This document shows, piece by piece, positions 53,184 through 63,478 of a stretch of DNA of 64,000 bases (positions within the stretch are counted from its first letter, which is position 1; every line of letters starts with the position of its first letter). A program made the translations under genes and the position numbers. A model generated the notes under the pieces. The model saw nothing but the letters and a program-made list of their open reading frames with translations. It did not search any database and was not told where the DNA came from. Origin of the DNA: Desulfuromonadales bacterium (lineage in GTDB: Bacteria > Desulfobacterota > Desulfuromonadia > Desulfuromonadales > BM103); contig JAVVDS010000002.1 of the NCBI GenBank assembly GCA_032251295.1, positions 4,891 through 68,890 of the forward strand, written 5' to 3'.

Positions 53184-55808
53184 ATGGATATCAACCGCAT
53201 GACCGAAAAGACCCAGGAATCCCTGCAGGCCGCCCAGAGCCTGGCGGTGAAACACGGCCACGTCGAAGTCGACGGCGAACACCTGCTCCTCGCCCTGCTT
53301 GAACAGCAGGGGGGGCTGGTGCCGCGGCTGGTCGCCCGTCTCGACAGCGACGCCGCCAGCCTGGCGCAGGCGGTGCGCGCCGAACTGCAGCAGCGCCCGG
53401 CGGTCTCCGGTCCCGGTGCCGAGCCGGGCAAGGTCTATGTCAGTCAGCGCTTCAGCCGGCTGCTGGTCAGGGCCGAAGACGAGGCCAAACGGCTCAAGGA
53501 CGAATACATGAGCGTCGAGCACCTGCTGCTGGCACTGGTCGAGGAGGGCAAGCAGACGGCTGCCGGGCGGATTCTGCAGCAGTTCAATTTGACCCGCGAC
53601 CGGCTACTCAAGGTGCTCAGCGAGGTGCGCGGCCACCAGCGGGTGACCAGCGCCGACCCGGAAGGGACCTACGAAGCCCTCGACAAGTACGGTCGCGATC
53701 TGGTCAAGGAGGTCAAGAAGGGGAAACTCGACCCGGTGATCGGCCGTGATGGCGAGATCCGCCGGGTGATCCGCATCCTGTCGCGCAAGACCAAGAACAA
53801 CCCGGTGCTGATCGGCGAGCCGGGGGTCGGCAAGACCGCGATCGTCGAGGGGCTGGCGCAACGTATCGTGCGTGGCGACGTGCCCGAGGGGCTGAAAGAC
53901 AAGACGGTGTTCGCCCTCGACATGGGCGCGCTGCTCGCCGGTGCCAAGTACCGCGGCGAGTTCGAGGAGCGGTTGAAAGCGGTCCTTACCGAAATCCAGG
54001 AGAGCGACGGCCGCATCCTGCTGTTCATCGACGAGCTGCACACCATCGTCGGCACCGGCAAGGCCGAAGGGGCGATCGACGCCGGCAACATGCTCAAGCC
54101 GATGCTCGCCCGCGGCGAACTGCACTGCATCGGCGCCACCACCCTGGACGAATACCGCAAGTACATCGAGAAGGACGCCGCCCTGGAGCGGCGCTTCCAG
54201 CCGGTGCTGGTCGAGCAGCCGACGGTTGAGGACAGCATCAGCATCCTGCGTGGTCTCAAGGAGCGCTACGAGGTCCACCACGGCGTGCGTATCCAGGACA
54301 ACGCCCTGGTTGCCGCGGCGACACTGAGCCACCGCTACATCAGCGACCGCTTCCTGCCGGACAAGGCGATCGACCTGGTCGATGAGGCGTGCGCCATGAT
54401 CCGTACCGAGATCGACTCCCTGCCGACCGAGCTCGATGAGGTGAGCCGCCGGTCGATGCAGCTGGAGATCGAGGAGGCGGCGCTGAACAAGGAGAAGGAC
54501 AGGGCGAGCCAGGCCCGCCTGGAGAGCCTGCGCCGGGAGCTGGCCGACCTGCGCGAGCGCTCCAGCACCCTCAAGGCGCAGTGGGACCAGGAGAAGCACT
54601 CGATCAAGGCGGTACAGGGCCTGCGTGAAGAGATCGAGCAGGTACGCCGGCAAGTCGAGGATGCCGAACGTCACTACGACCTGAACCGGGCGGCGGAACT
54701 CAAGCACGGCCGCCTGCCGGAGCTGGAGAGCCGGCTGCGGCAGGCCGAGGAGGAGCTGAGTCGGCAGGCGCAGGGCGAGCGGCTGCTGCGTGAAGAGGTG
54801 ACCGAAGACGAGATTGCCGGCATCGTCTCGCGCTGGACCGGGATTCCGGTGACGCGCCTGGTCGAGGGTGAACGCGAAAAACTGCTCAAGCTCGACCAGC
54901 TGCTGCACCAGCGGGTGATCGGCCAGGACGAGGCGGTGCAGCTGGTCGCCGACGCGGTGATCCGCGCCCGAGCCGGCATCAAGGATCCGCGCCGGCCGAT
55001 CGGCTCATTCATCTTCCTCGGTCCGACCGGGGTCGGCAAGACCGAACTGGCCAGAACCTTGGCCGAGGCGCTGTTCGACAGCGAGGAGAACATGGTGCGC
55101 ATCGACATGTCGGAGTACATGGAGAAGCACGCTGTCAGCCGGCTGATCGGCGCACCGCCGGGCTATGTCGGCTTCGAGGAGGGGGGGCAGCTGACCGAGG
55201 CGGTCCGCCGCCGCCCCTACTGCGTGGTGCTGTTTGATGAGATCGAAAAGGCCCATCCCGACGTGTTCAACGTCCTGCTGCAGGTCCTCGATGACGGCCG
55301 GATCACCGATAGCCACGGCCGAACCGTCGATTTCAAGAACACCGTGGTGATCATGACCTCGAACATCGGCTCGCCGCACCTGCTCGAGGGCGTCGACGCC
55401 TCCGGCGAGATCGCCGCGGCAGTGCGCGACCGGGTGATGCAGGAGCTGCGCCACGCCTTCCGGCCGGAATTTCTCAACCGGGTCGACGACATCGTCCTGT
55501 TCAAGCCGCTGACCATGGGCGAGATCGAGCAGATCATCGAGCTGCAGGTCGAGGATCTGCGCCGCCGGCTGGCCGAACGTGAACTCGGTCTCGAACTGAG
55601 CGACGCGGCGCGGCGCTTCATCGCCAGTGCCGCCTACGATCCGGTGTTCGGCGCCCGGCCGATCAAGCGCTATCTGCAGCACAAGCTGGAGACCGTCATC
55701 GGCCGGGCCCTGATCGGCAACGAGGTCGTGCCGGGCGGGCGGGTGCACGTTGCTCTGCATGATGGCGCCCTGGCGGTCGACTTTCTGCCCGCAGGCGGCA
55801 AGGCCTGA
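53184..55808 (+). CDS. clpB: ATP-dependent chaperone/disaggregase ClpB
   Basis: 874 aa with two AAA+ modules (GEPGVGKTA and GPTGVGKTE), a long middle coiled-coil domain and a Clp N domain. The start is set at the ATG at 53184. Confidence 0.97.
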   Translation: MDINRMTEKTQESLQAAQSLAVKHGHVEVDGEHLLLALLEQQGGLVPRLVARLDSDAASLAQAVRAELQQRPAVSGPGAEPGKVYVSQRFSRLLVRAEDEAKRLKDEYMSVEHLLLALVEEGKQTAAGRILQQFNLTRDRLLKVLSEVRGHQRVTSADPEGTYEALDKYGRDLVKEVKKGKLDPVIGRDGEIRRVIRILSRKTKNNPVLIGEPGVGKTAIVEGLAQRIVRGDVPEGLKDKTVFALDMGALLAGAKYRGEFEERLKAVLTEIQESDGRILLFIDELHTIVGTGKAEGAIDAGNMLKPMLARGELHCIGATTLDEYRKYIEKDAALERRFQPVLVEQPTVEDSISILRGLKERYEVHHGVRIQDNALVAAATLSHRYISDRFLPDKAIDLVDEACAMIRTEIDSLPTELDEVSRRSMQLEIEEAALNKEKDRASQARLESLRRELADLRERSSTLKAQWDQEKHSIKAVQGLREEIEQVRRQVEDAERHYDLNRAAELKHGRLPELESRLRQAEEELSRQAQGERLLREEVTEDEIAGIVSRWTGIPVTRLVEGEREKLLKLDQLLHQRVIGQDEAVQLVADAVIRARAGIKDPRRPIGSFIFLGPTGVGKTELARTLAEALFDSEENMVRIDMSEYMEKHAVSRLIGAPPGYVGFEEGGQLTEAVRRRPYCVVLFDEIEKAHPDVFNVLLQVLDDGRITDSHGRTVDFKNTVVIMTSNIGSPHLLEGVDASGEIAAAVRDRVMQELRHAFRPEFLNRVDDIVLFKPLTMGEIEQIIELQVEDLRRRLAERELGLELSDAARRFIASAAYDPVFGARPIKRYLQHKLETVIGRALIGNEVVPGGRVHVALHDGALAVDFLPAGGKA

Positions 55809-57260
<1,452 letters not shown>

Positions 57261-57267
57261 CCTCACC

Positions 57268-57792
57268 TCACTGCCAGAGGCCGACGCCCGCTTGCCGGGC
57301 CTCGGCCTCGGCTTCCAGAAAATCGTCTTTCCGCGCAAAATCAAAGCGCCGGTAGACCACGGCCAACCCCTCTTCAAGCAACAGGCGGTTGAGCAGGCGG
57401 CCGTCCGGCAGCACGACATAGGCGAGCAGGCGGCCGTGCCGGTCGTACGGCTGCCGGTCGAGCTGCAGGGTGACGCTTTTCCCTTTGGCGGTTGCGATGT
57501 TGTAGCGCAGCCCGGCGTGCTGGATCTGGTCAAGCCGGGCCGGATCGGCGCCGAGAGCGGTGAACTTGCGATCCCGCTCCGGCGAACGGGTCCGCTCCGG
57601 GCAGTCGATGCCGAGCAGGCGGACCTTGCCGATCGGGTCGACATGCAGGGTGTCGCCGTCATAGACCCAGGTGACGGTGCCGCGCCGCGCTCCCGCGAGC
57701 GACACGTCCTGCGCCGGGACGACGGCGACAATGAGCAGAGGGAGAAGGAGGCAGAGGAGCGAAAGAAAGGCGGTGCGGGCGTGGCGGCTCAC
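57268..57792 (-). CDS. Secreted thermonuclease (staphylococcal nuclease, SNase-like) homolog
   Basis: It has a signal/anchor segment (TAFLSLLCLLLPLLIVAVVPA) and an SNase core (VYDGDTLHV...VRLLGIDCPE...YDRHGRLLAYV...LNRLLLEEGLAVVY). The start is set at the GTG at 57792, which overlaps the upstream gene's stop (GTGA). Confidence 0.8.
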   Translation of the reverse strand: MSRHARTAFLSLLCLLLPLLIVAVVPAQDVSLAGARRGTVTWVYDGDTLHVDPIGKVRLLGIDCPERTRSPERDRKFTALGADPARLDQIQHAGLRYNIATAKGKSVTLQLDRQPYDRHGRLLAYVVLPDGRLLNRLLLEEGLAVVYRRFDFARKDDFLEAEAEARQAGVGLWQ

Positions 57793-58217
57793 CGCCGGCC
57801 ACCCCAGAGCAGCCGGCAGAAGCAGCCGGTGGCAAATCCCCAGACCAGGTTGTAGACCAGAATGAACAGCGGGGTTGCCTGGCCGAGGCCGAAGCCGAGC
57901 CAGCCGAGATCGGTCTGGTAGGGGAAGACGAACAGCAACTGGTGGGCCGTCGGCAGCAGGCTGACCCAGAGCCCCTTGCGGGCCCAATGGCGACGGGCAC
58001 TCTGCGGGCCGACACAGACGAAATAGACCAGGCCCCAGAGCCCGCCCCAGACCAGCCGCGGGTAGAGCCAGGCCGCACTCAGCGTCGGCGCGAGGCGAAC
58101 GTCGAGCAGCGCTGGCAGGCCGAGTTGGCCGACCTGCCAAGCGAACAGGCTGCTGACCAGCGCACCGAGCAGTCCGGCGCAGAAACAGACGGCGAGCATG
58201 GCACCGGGTCGATTCAT
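57789..58217 (-). CDS. Hypothetical integral membrane protein (about 4 TM helices)
   Basis: 142 aa of Trp/Leu/Gly-rich hydrophobic segments, with no family I recognise. The start is set at the ATG at 58217 to clear the larE stop. Confidence 0.55.
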   Translation of the reverse strand: MNRPGAMLAVCFCAGLLGALVSSLFAWQVGQLGLPALLDVRLAPTLSAAWLYPRLVWGGLWGLVYFVCVGPQSARRHWARKGLWVSLLPTAHQLLFVFPYQTDLGWLGFGLGQATPLFILVYNLVWGFATGCFCRLLWGGRR

Positions 58218-58239
58218 CAGGCCTCCCGTGGCGAAAACG

Positions 58240-59088
58240 TCAGTCCGTGACAACCCCCTCGTTCATGCTGCCGGTCCGGTAGCCTTCGAGATCGAGAGCG
58301 ACGTAGGTGAAGCCGGCGGCCTTGAAGGCCGCCACCAGCTCCCGGCGCAGGCCATCATCGAGGATTTTTGCCAGGTCGTCAAGGGCGACTTCGATCCGGG
58401 CGACCTCGTTGTGGTAGCGAACCCGGAAGGTTTTGAGCCCGCGCTCGAACAGGAAATTCTCGCAGCGATCGATCTGCTGCAGGCGCTCGGCGGTGATCCG
58501 GGTGCCGTAGGGAAAGCGCGACGCCAGACAGGCGAACGGCTGCTTGTCGGCTGTCGGCAGGCCGAGCCGGCGACTCAGGGCGCGGATGTCGGCCTTGGTC
58601 AAGCCCGCTTCCAGCAGGGGCGAGCGGATCTGCAGCTCGCCGGCGGCGTCACGCCCCGGGCGATAGTCGGCCAGATCGTCGAGATTGGCGCCATCGAACA
58701 CCTGCCGCAGTCCGAGCTGGTGGGCCTGCTCCAGGCAGATCTCGAACAGCTCCTTCTTGCAGTGATAGCAGCGGCGCAGCGGATTCTCGGCAAAGCCGTC
58801 GATCTCCAGCTCGTTGCTGTCGACCACGATCTGGCGGACGACGAGCTGTTCGGCCAGGCGCACACTCTCAGCGAACTCGCGCACCGGGTAGGTTGGCGAG
58901 GTGGCGGTCAGGGCGACCACCCGGTCGGCGCCGAGAACATCCCGGGCGACCCGCAGCAGGAAAGTCGAATCGACGCCGCCGGAAAAAGCGACCGCCGCCG
59001 ACCCGCAGTCGGCCACCAGGCGCACCAGCGCAGCGTATTTGTCATCAAGGGCGATCGGCTCGCTCCCGGTCGTCTCTGTCGGTACCAT
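58240..59088 (-). CDS. larE: LarE-family PP-loop ATP pyrophosphatase / sulfur transferase (three-Cys subtype)
   Basis: 282 aa with the PP-loop VAFSGGVDSTFLL, the LarE blocks DYRPGRDA and CLASRFPYGTRIT, VRYHNEVARIE and LDLEGYRTGSMN, plus an extra CYHC pair. Confidence 0.85.
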   Translation of the reverse strand: MVPTETTGSEPIALDDKYAALVRLVADCGSAAVAFSGGVDSTFLLRVARDVLGADRVVALTATSPTYPVREFAESVRLAEQLVVRQIVVDSNELEIDGFAENPLRRCYHCKKELFEICLEQAHQLGLRQVFDGANLDDLADYRPGRDAAGELQIRSPLLEAGLTKADIRALSRRLGLPTADKQPFACLASRFPYGTRITAERLQQIDRCENFLFERGLKTFRVRYHNEVARIEVALDDLAKILDDGLRRELVAAFKAAGFTYVALDLEGYRTGSMNEGVVTD

Positions 59089-59145
59089 CAGCTCTCCCGC
59101 CTGTCTACCGTTAGAAAGTCAACAGTTCAGCGCATCAACCGCAGT

Positions 59146-59610
59146 TCAGATGTAATACATGAAGCGGTGGTCGAGTTCTTTCTCCATGCCGAGGGCCTGG
59201 CCACGGTCACAGAGATCTTTGAGGGTGACGGAGCGCAGGTAATCGTTAAGCCGTTTGCTCGCCTCGGCCCAGACGGTCTGGGTCACACAGTTGTTGTCGA
59301 GCAGGCACTCCGTCTTGCGCTCTTTCTCCTTGACACAGTCGACCAGGGCCATCTCCCCCTCGGCCGCCGTGACAATATCAAAGACCGTGATCTCCTGCGG
59401 CTTGCGCGCCAGCAGGTAGCCGCCTTGGGGACCGCGCCGGCTCTTCAGCAGGCCAGCACGCTTGAGGTCCTGGAAAATCTGTTCGAGATAGCGCGGCGAG
59501 AGGTTCTGCCGGCGACTGATATCCTTGATCTGGGCCGGCAGGGTGCCGGCATGGTAGGCCATATCGAACAGGGCGCGCAGGCCGTAACGGCTCTTGGTGG
59601 ACAGTCGCAT
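59146..59610 (-). CDS. Rrf2-family transcriptional regulator (IscR/NsrR-like, Cys-containing)
   Basis: 154 aa beginning MRLSTKSRYGLRALFDMAYH, with the wHTH SPRYLEQIFQDLKRAGLLKSRRGPQGGYLLA and three Cys (DCV...ECLLDNNC). Confidence 0.9.
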   Translation of the reverse strand: MRLSTKSRYGLRALFDMAYHAGTLPAQIKDISRRQNLSPRYLEQIFQDLKRAGLLKSRRGPQGGYLLARKPQEITVFDIVTAAEGEMALVDCVKEKERKTECLLDNNCVTQTVWAEASKRLNDYLRSVTLKDLCDRGQALGMEKELDHRFMYYI

Positions 59611-59797
59611 GGGGATAACCTCCGGATTTTCAGTTCTTCATATGTAGTTGATCTTTATTGTTCATGTCAAGAAATCCCCGTCGCCATCGACGGGGAGAGA
59701 CCGGGGGAATGCCGAGTTCACACGGCGTCAGCGACAGTCCTTGCCGAAGGTGGCGGGAGTCTGCTAGAGTCGGCGCGATTCCCGTTCAGGAGACCTC

Positions 59798-61162
59798 ATG
59801 AGCGATCAGCGCCGCCAGCTCTACCTCTGCGACCCGCAACTCGGCCCGGACTCCGACCTGGCTCGCGCAGCGGCAGCGCGTGGCTTCGTCCTGACGCATT
59901 TTGCCGCGGGCGACCAGCTGCTCAAGGCCCTGGCGGAACCGCTGGTGAGCGAACCGGCGCTGATCGTCCTCGATACCGACAGCGAGACGGACTGGGCCGA
60001 GCTGGTGCGCCAGCTGAAGGCGCGGCTGGCCGACGTGCCGCTGGTGCTGGTCTCCGGCCGTGCCACCGTCCGGGGCGCCGTCCAGGCGCTGCAGCTTGGG
60101 GCCGCCGACTATCTGGCCAAGCCGGTCGTCGTCGCCGACCTGTTGCAGCGGCTCGAACAGAGTCACGAGCGTCGCCAGCTGTTGGCTGAGAACCGTTCCC
60201 TGCGCGCCGAACTGCGACGGCGTTTCGAACCGGACCGCATTGTCTGTCAGAGCGAGGGGTTCGCCCGGGCGCTGACTCTGGCGCGCAAGGTGGCGGCCAG
60301 CGATGCCAGTGTGCTGATTCTCGGCGAGAGCGGCGTCGGCAAGGAGCTGATCGCCTCGACCATTCACCATGCCAGCCCGCGCTGCGAGCGCAACTTTCTG
60401 TCGATCAACTGCGCCGCTCTCACCGAAACCCTGCTGGAGAGCCAGCTGTTCGGCTATGTCAAGGGGGCGTTCACCGGTGCGACCAGTAACCAGCGCGGTC
60501 TGGTCGAAGCGGCCGAGGGGGGCACCCTGTTCCTCGACGAAATCGGCGACATCAGCGCCGGCCTGCAGGCCAGGCTGCTGCGGGTGCTGCAGGAGCGCGA
60601 ATATCTGCCGGTCGGTGCGACCCGTATCCAGAACGCCGATGTCCGCTTCCTCGCCGCGACCAACCGCGATCTCGAGGCAGCGGTCGCCGACGGCAGTTTC
60701 CGCGAAGACCTCTACTACCGTCTCAACGTCGTCACCCTGCAGGTTCCGCCGCTCCGCGAGCGCCGCGACGATATCGTGCCGCTGACCTCGTTCTTTCTGG
60801 AGCGCTACGGGATGAGTGCCGACCAGAGGTTCTCGCCCAAGGTGATCGAACTGCTGCAGCAGTATGCCTGGCCGGGCAATGTCCGCGAACTCGAGAACGT
60901 CGTCGAAATGGCCTGTATCCTGGCGGAAGGGGGGACCATCGAACTGGAGCATCTGCCGGTCCGGATCAGTCAGGCGCAGCCAGCGGTCTTCGCCTTACCG
61001 CAGGGCGAGATGACCCTCGAACAGGTGGAGCGTCTCTATATTGAACAGGTCTACCGGCAGACCGGCTTTCACAAGGTCAATACCGCACGGATTCTCGATG
61101 TTTCGCGCAAAACCCTCGATCGCAAGCTGAAGCTGTTCGCCATCGGCCGCGAGCCGGCCTGA
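59798..61162 (+). CDS. NtrC-family sigma-54-dependent response regulator (receiver, AAA+, Fis HTH); HoxA/HupR-like by context
   Basis: 454 aa with a receiver domain (IVLDTD acceptor context, VLVSG, DYLAKP), Walker A (GESGVGKE), GAFTGA, and a C-terminal HTH ([18 protein letters not shown]). It lies immediately upstream of the hydrogenase sigma-54 promoter. Confidence 0.9.
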   Translation: MSDQRRQLYLCDPQLGPDSDLARAAAARGFVLTHFAAGDQLLKALAEPLVSEPALIVLDTDSETDWAELVRQLKARLADVPLVLVSGRATVRGAVQALQLGAADYLAKPVVVADLLQRLEQSHERRQLLAENRSLRAELRRRFEPDRIVCQSEGFARALTLARKVAASDASVLILGESGVGKELIASTIHHASPRCERNFLSINCAALTETLLESQLFGYVKGAFTGATSNQRGLVEAAEGGTLFLDEIGDISAGLQARLLRVLQEREYLPVGATRIQNADVRFLAATNRDLEAAVADGSFREDLYYRLNVVTLQVPPLRERRDDIVPLTSFFLERYGMSADQRFSPKVIELLQQYAWPGNVRELENVVEMACILAEGGTIELEHLPVRISQAQPAVFALPQGEMTLEQVERLYIEQVYRQTGFHKVNTARILDVSRKTLDRKLKLFAIGREPA

Positions 61163-61312
61163 GCGCCCGGGCGATTGCTGCCCGATTGTGACAAAAAGTC
61201 CCGCCCTGTTTCATTTTGTCCGGATCGCTGCGCTGGCTGCTGCCGCCGCCCTCACCGCAATTTTCACCCAACCCCGCGTTTTTCAGTCAATAAAAGGCCT
61301 TAGCTGCGGTTA

Positions 61313-61328
61313 AGGCACGCTCCTTGCC
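61313..61328 (+). promoter_or_regulatory. Sigma-54 (-24/-12) promoter of the [NiFe] hydrogenase operon
   Basis: AGGCACGCTCCTTGCC matches GGCACG-N4-TTGC exactly (GG at 61314-61315, GC at 61326-61327), about 67 nt upstream of the large-subunit ATG. Confidence 0.65.
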
Positions 61329-61394
61329 ATACTCCCTGGCTGTGTCACTTCGCCACATGTGGCGTGCCGACAATATCCCGACAGGAGAGAGAGC

Positions 61395-62960
61395 ATGGCA
61401 AATCGTATCGTCATCGACCCGGTCACCCGGATTGAAGGCCACCTGAAGATTGAGGCGGTCCTCGACAACGGCGTGGTCAAGGAAGCCCGCAGTTCCGGCA
61501 TGATGTACCGGGGGCTGGAAAACATTCTGCGTGGCCGCGACCCGCGTGACGCGGCGCGGCTGATGCAGCGCATCTGCGGCGTCTGCCCGACCTCACACGG
61601 TCTGACCGCCGCCTTCGCCCTCGACGAAGCCTACGGCGTCAACGGGGTCATTCCGGATAACGGCCGGATTTTGCGCAACCTGATCCAGGGGGCCAATTTC
61701 GTCCAGTCGCACATCCTGCACTTCTACCACCTGGCGGCCCTCGACTATGTCGACGTCACCGCCGCCGCCGACTATCAGGGGAACGACCCGACCCTGAAAA
61801 AAGTCCGCGACTTCATCGCCCGGGGGCACCTCGGTCCATTCGTGCCGCGCTACGAGGGGGACTACCGGCTGAGCCGCGAGGAGAATCTGGCGGCGCTCGC
61901 CCACTACGTCGAAGCCCTCGACATGCGCCGCCTGGCTCATGAGGCGACCGCCATCTTCGGCGGCAAGATGCCGCACAACATGTCGATCCTCGCCGGCGGC
62001 TGCACCGCCGCCCCCGCCATCGACACCATCGCCGCATTCCACTGGAAGATCGAGCGGCTGATCGAGTTCATCGACACCCGCTACCTCCCCGATGTGTTGA
62101 TGGTCGCCAGCCGCTACAGCGACTACTTCGGCGTCGGCGCCGGTTGCGGGCAGTTCCTGTCGTTCGGCGTCTTTGACCTCGACAGCGATCCCGATCTGAC
62201 CAAGCGGCAGCGCTACTTTCCCCAGGGGATCGTGCGCCTCGACGATCTCAAGCTGCGCCGGTTCGAGCCGAACCGGATCACCGAAGAGGTCGACTACAGC
62301 TGGTTCGAGGACAGCGGCGCTCTGCACCCCTACGACGGCCAGACCGTGCCGAACCGGGAGAAGGCCGGGGCCTACAGCTGGGTCAAGGCGCCGCGCTATG
62401 CCGGCGAAGTCATGGAAGTCGGCCCTCTGGCGCGGATTCTGGCCGCCTATGCCGCCGGCAACCGCAGCGTGCAGACACAGGTCAACGACCTGCTGGCCCG
62501 TTTCAACGCCTCGCCGGCCGCCCTCGATTCGGTCCTCGGCCGGCACGCCGCGCGCGCCATCGAATGCCGGCTGGTCGCCGAACAGATCCGCAACTGGGTG
62601 TTGCAGCTCAAGCCGGGTGAACCGACCTTTGTCGACTTCCCCCTCGATGTCACCAGCCGCGGCATGGGCCTGCATGAAGCGCCGCGCGGCGCCCTCGGGC
62701 ATTGGGTGCTGGTCGAAGGGGGGAAGGTCAAGAATTACCAGGCTGTGGTGCCGACCACCTGGAACGCCGGACCGATGGACGCCCGCTCGCAGCCCGGACC
62801 GATCGAGCAGTCGCTGCTCAACACCCGGGTCCGCGACCAGCGCAACCCCTTCGAACTGGTCCGCATCGTGCGCGCCTACGACCCCTGTCTCTCCTGCGCG
62901 GTGCATGCCGTCAGCCCGCGCGGCGAAGACCTCGGGCGCTTTGTCGTCGGAGCCGAATAG
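61395..62960 (+). CDS. [NiFe] hydrogenase large subunit (group 1-like, with a cleavable C-terminal extension)
   Basis: 521 aa with the N-terminal motifs PVTRIEGHLKIE and the Ni-Fe-binding QRICGVCPTSH, and the C-terminal Ni-Fe motif DPCLSCAVH followed by a 17-aa tail. The start is set at the ATG at 61395 (MANRIVIDP), which is preceded by AGGAGAG. Confidence 0.95.
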   Translation: MANRIVIDPVTRIEGHLKIEAVLDNGVVKEARSSGMMYRGLENILRGRDPRDAARLMQRICGVCPTSHGLTAAFALDEAYGVNGVIPDNGRILRNLIQGANFVQSHILHFYHLAALDYVDVTAAADYQGNDPTLKKVRDFIARGHLGPFVPRYEGDYRLSREENLAALAHYVEALDMRRLAHEATAIFGGKMPHNMSILAGGCTAAPAIDTIAAFHWKIERLIEFIDTRYLPDVLMVASRYSDYFGVGAGCGQFLSFGVFDLDSDPDLTKRQRYFPQGIVRLDDLKLRRFEPNRITEEVDYSWFEDSGALHPYDGQTVPNREKAGAYSWVKAPRYAGEVMEVGPLARILAAYAAGNRSVQTQVNDLLARFNASPAALDSVLGRHAARAIECRLVAEQIRNWVLQLKPGEPTFVDFPLDVTSRGMGLHEAPRGALGHWVLVEGGKVKNYQAVVPTTWNAGPMDARSQPGPIEQSLLNTRVRDQRNPFELVRIVRAYDPCLSCAVHAVSPRGEDLGRFVVGAE

Positions 62961-62961
62961 C

Positions 62962-63453
62962 ATGCCGGCCACGGAACGCGCCCCTCTGCTGGTCATGGGA
63001 GTCGGCAACCTGCTGCGTGGCGACGACGGCTTCGGTGTGCGGGTTATCGAACATCTCGCCGGACAGCCGCTGCCGGCCGGTGTCGAACTCCTCGATGCCG
63101 GGACCAGCATCGTCGATCTGATCGATGAACTGCGGGGCCGCCGCAAGCTGGTGGTCATCGATGCCGTGCGCGGCGATCAGCCGGCCGGCACCCTGTACCG
63201 CTTCAGCCCGGAACAGGTCGATACCGCTGCCGTGCCGGCCGACTCCCTGCACCAGGTCGGCCTGCTGGAGACCCTCAAGCTCGCCGATCTGATCGACTGC
63301 CGGCCGACCCAGACCGTGGTCATCGGCGTGCAACCGGCGGCAACCGGCCTCGGCATCGGCCTCTCGCCGGCAGTCGACGCGGCCATCGAGGCCGCCGGTC
63401 GACTGGTCCGGCGCGAACTCGACGAAGCGCTCGCCACTCTCGAGCAACACTGA
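62962..63453 (+). CDS. Hydrogenase maturation endopeptidase (HybD/HyaD family)
   Basis: 163 aa with LLVMGVGNLLRGDDGFGVRV, LLDAGT, LVVIDAV and SLHQVGLLETL. The ATG lies 1 nt after the large-subunit stop. Confidence 0.9.
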   Translation: MPATERAPLLVMGVGNLLRGDDGFGVRVIEHLAGQPLPAGVELLDAGTSIVDLIDELRGRRKLVVIDAVRGDQPAGTLYRFSPEQVDTAAVPADSLHQVGLLETLKLADLIDCRPTQTVVIGVQPAATGLGIGLSPAVDAAIEAAGRLVRRELDEALATLEQH

Positions 63454-63478
63454 TATTCAGATCTGACAGGAGACGATC

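Noticed and set aside
61395-62960. The possibility of a [NiFeSe] (selenocysteine) large subunit or other recoding.
   Set aside because: The C-terminal motif is DPCLSCAVH with ordinary Cys codons, and there is no in-frame TGA. prfA likewise has no frameshift site; that feature belongs to prfB.
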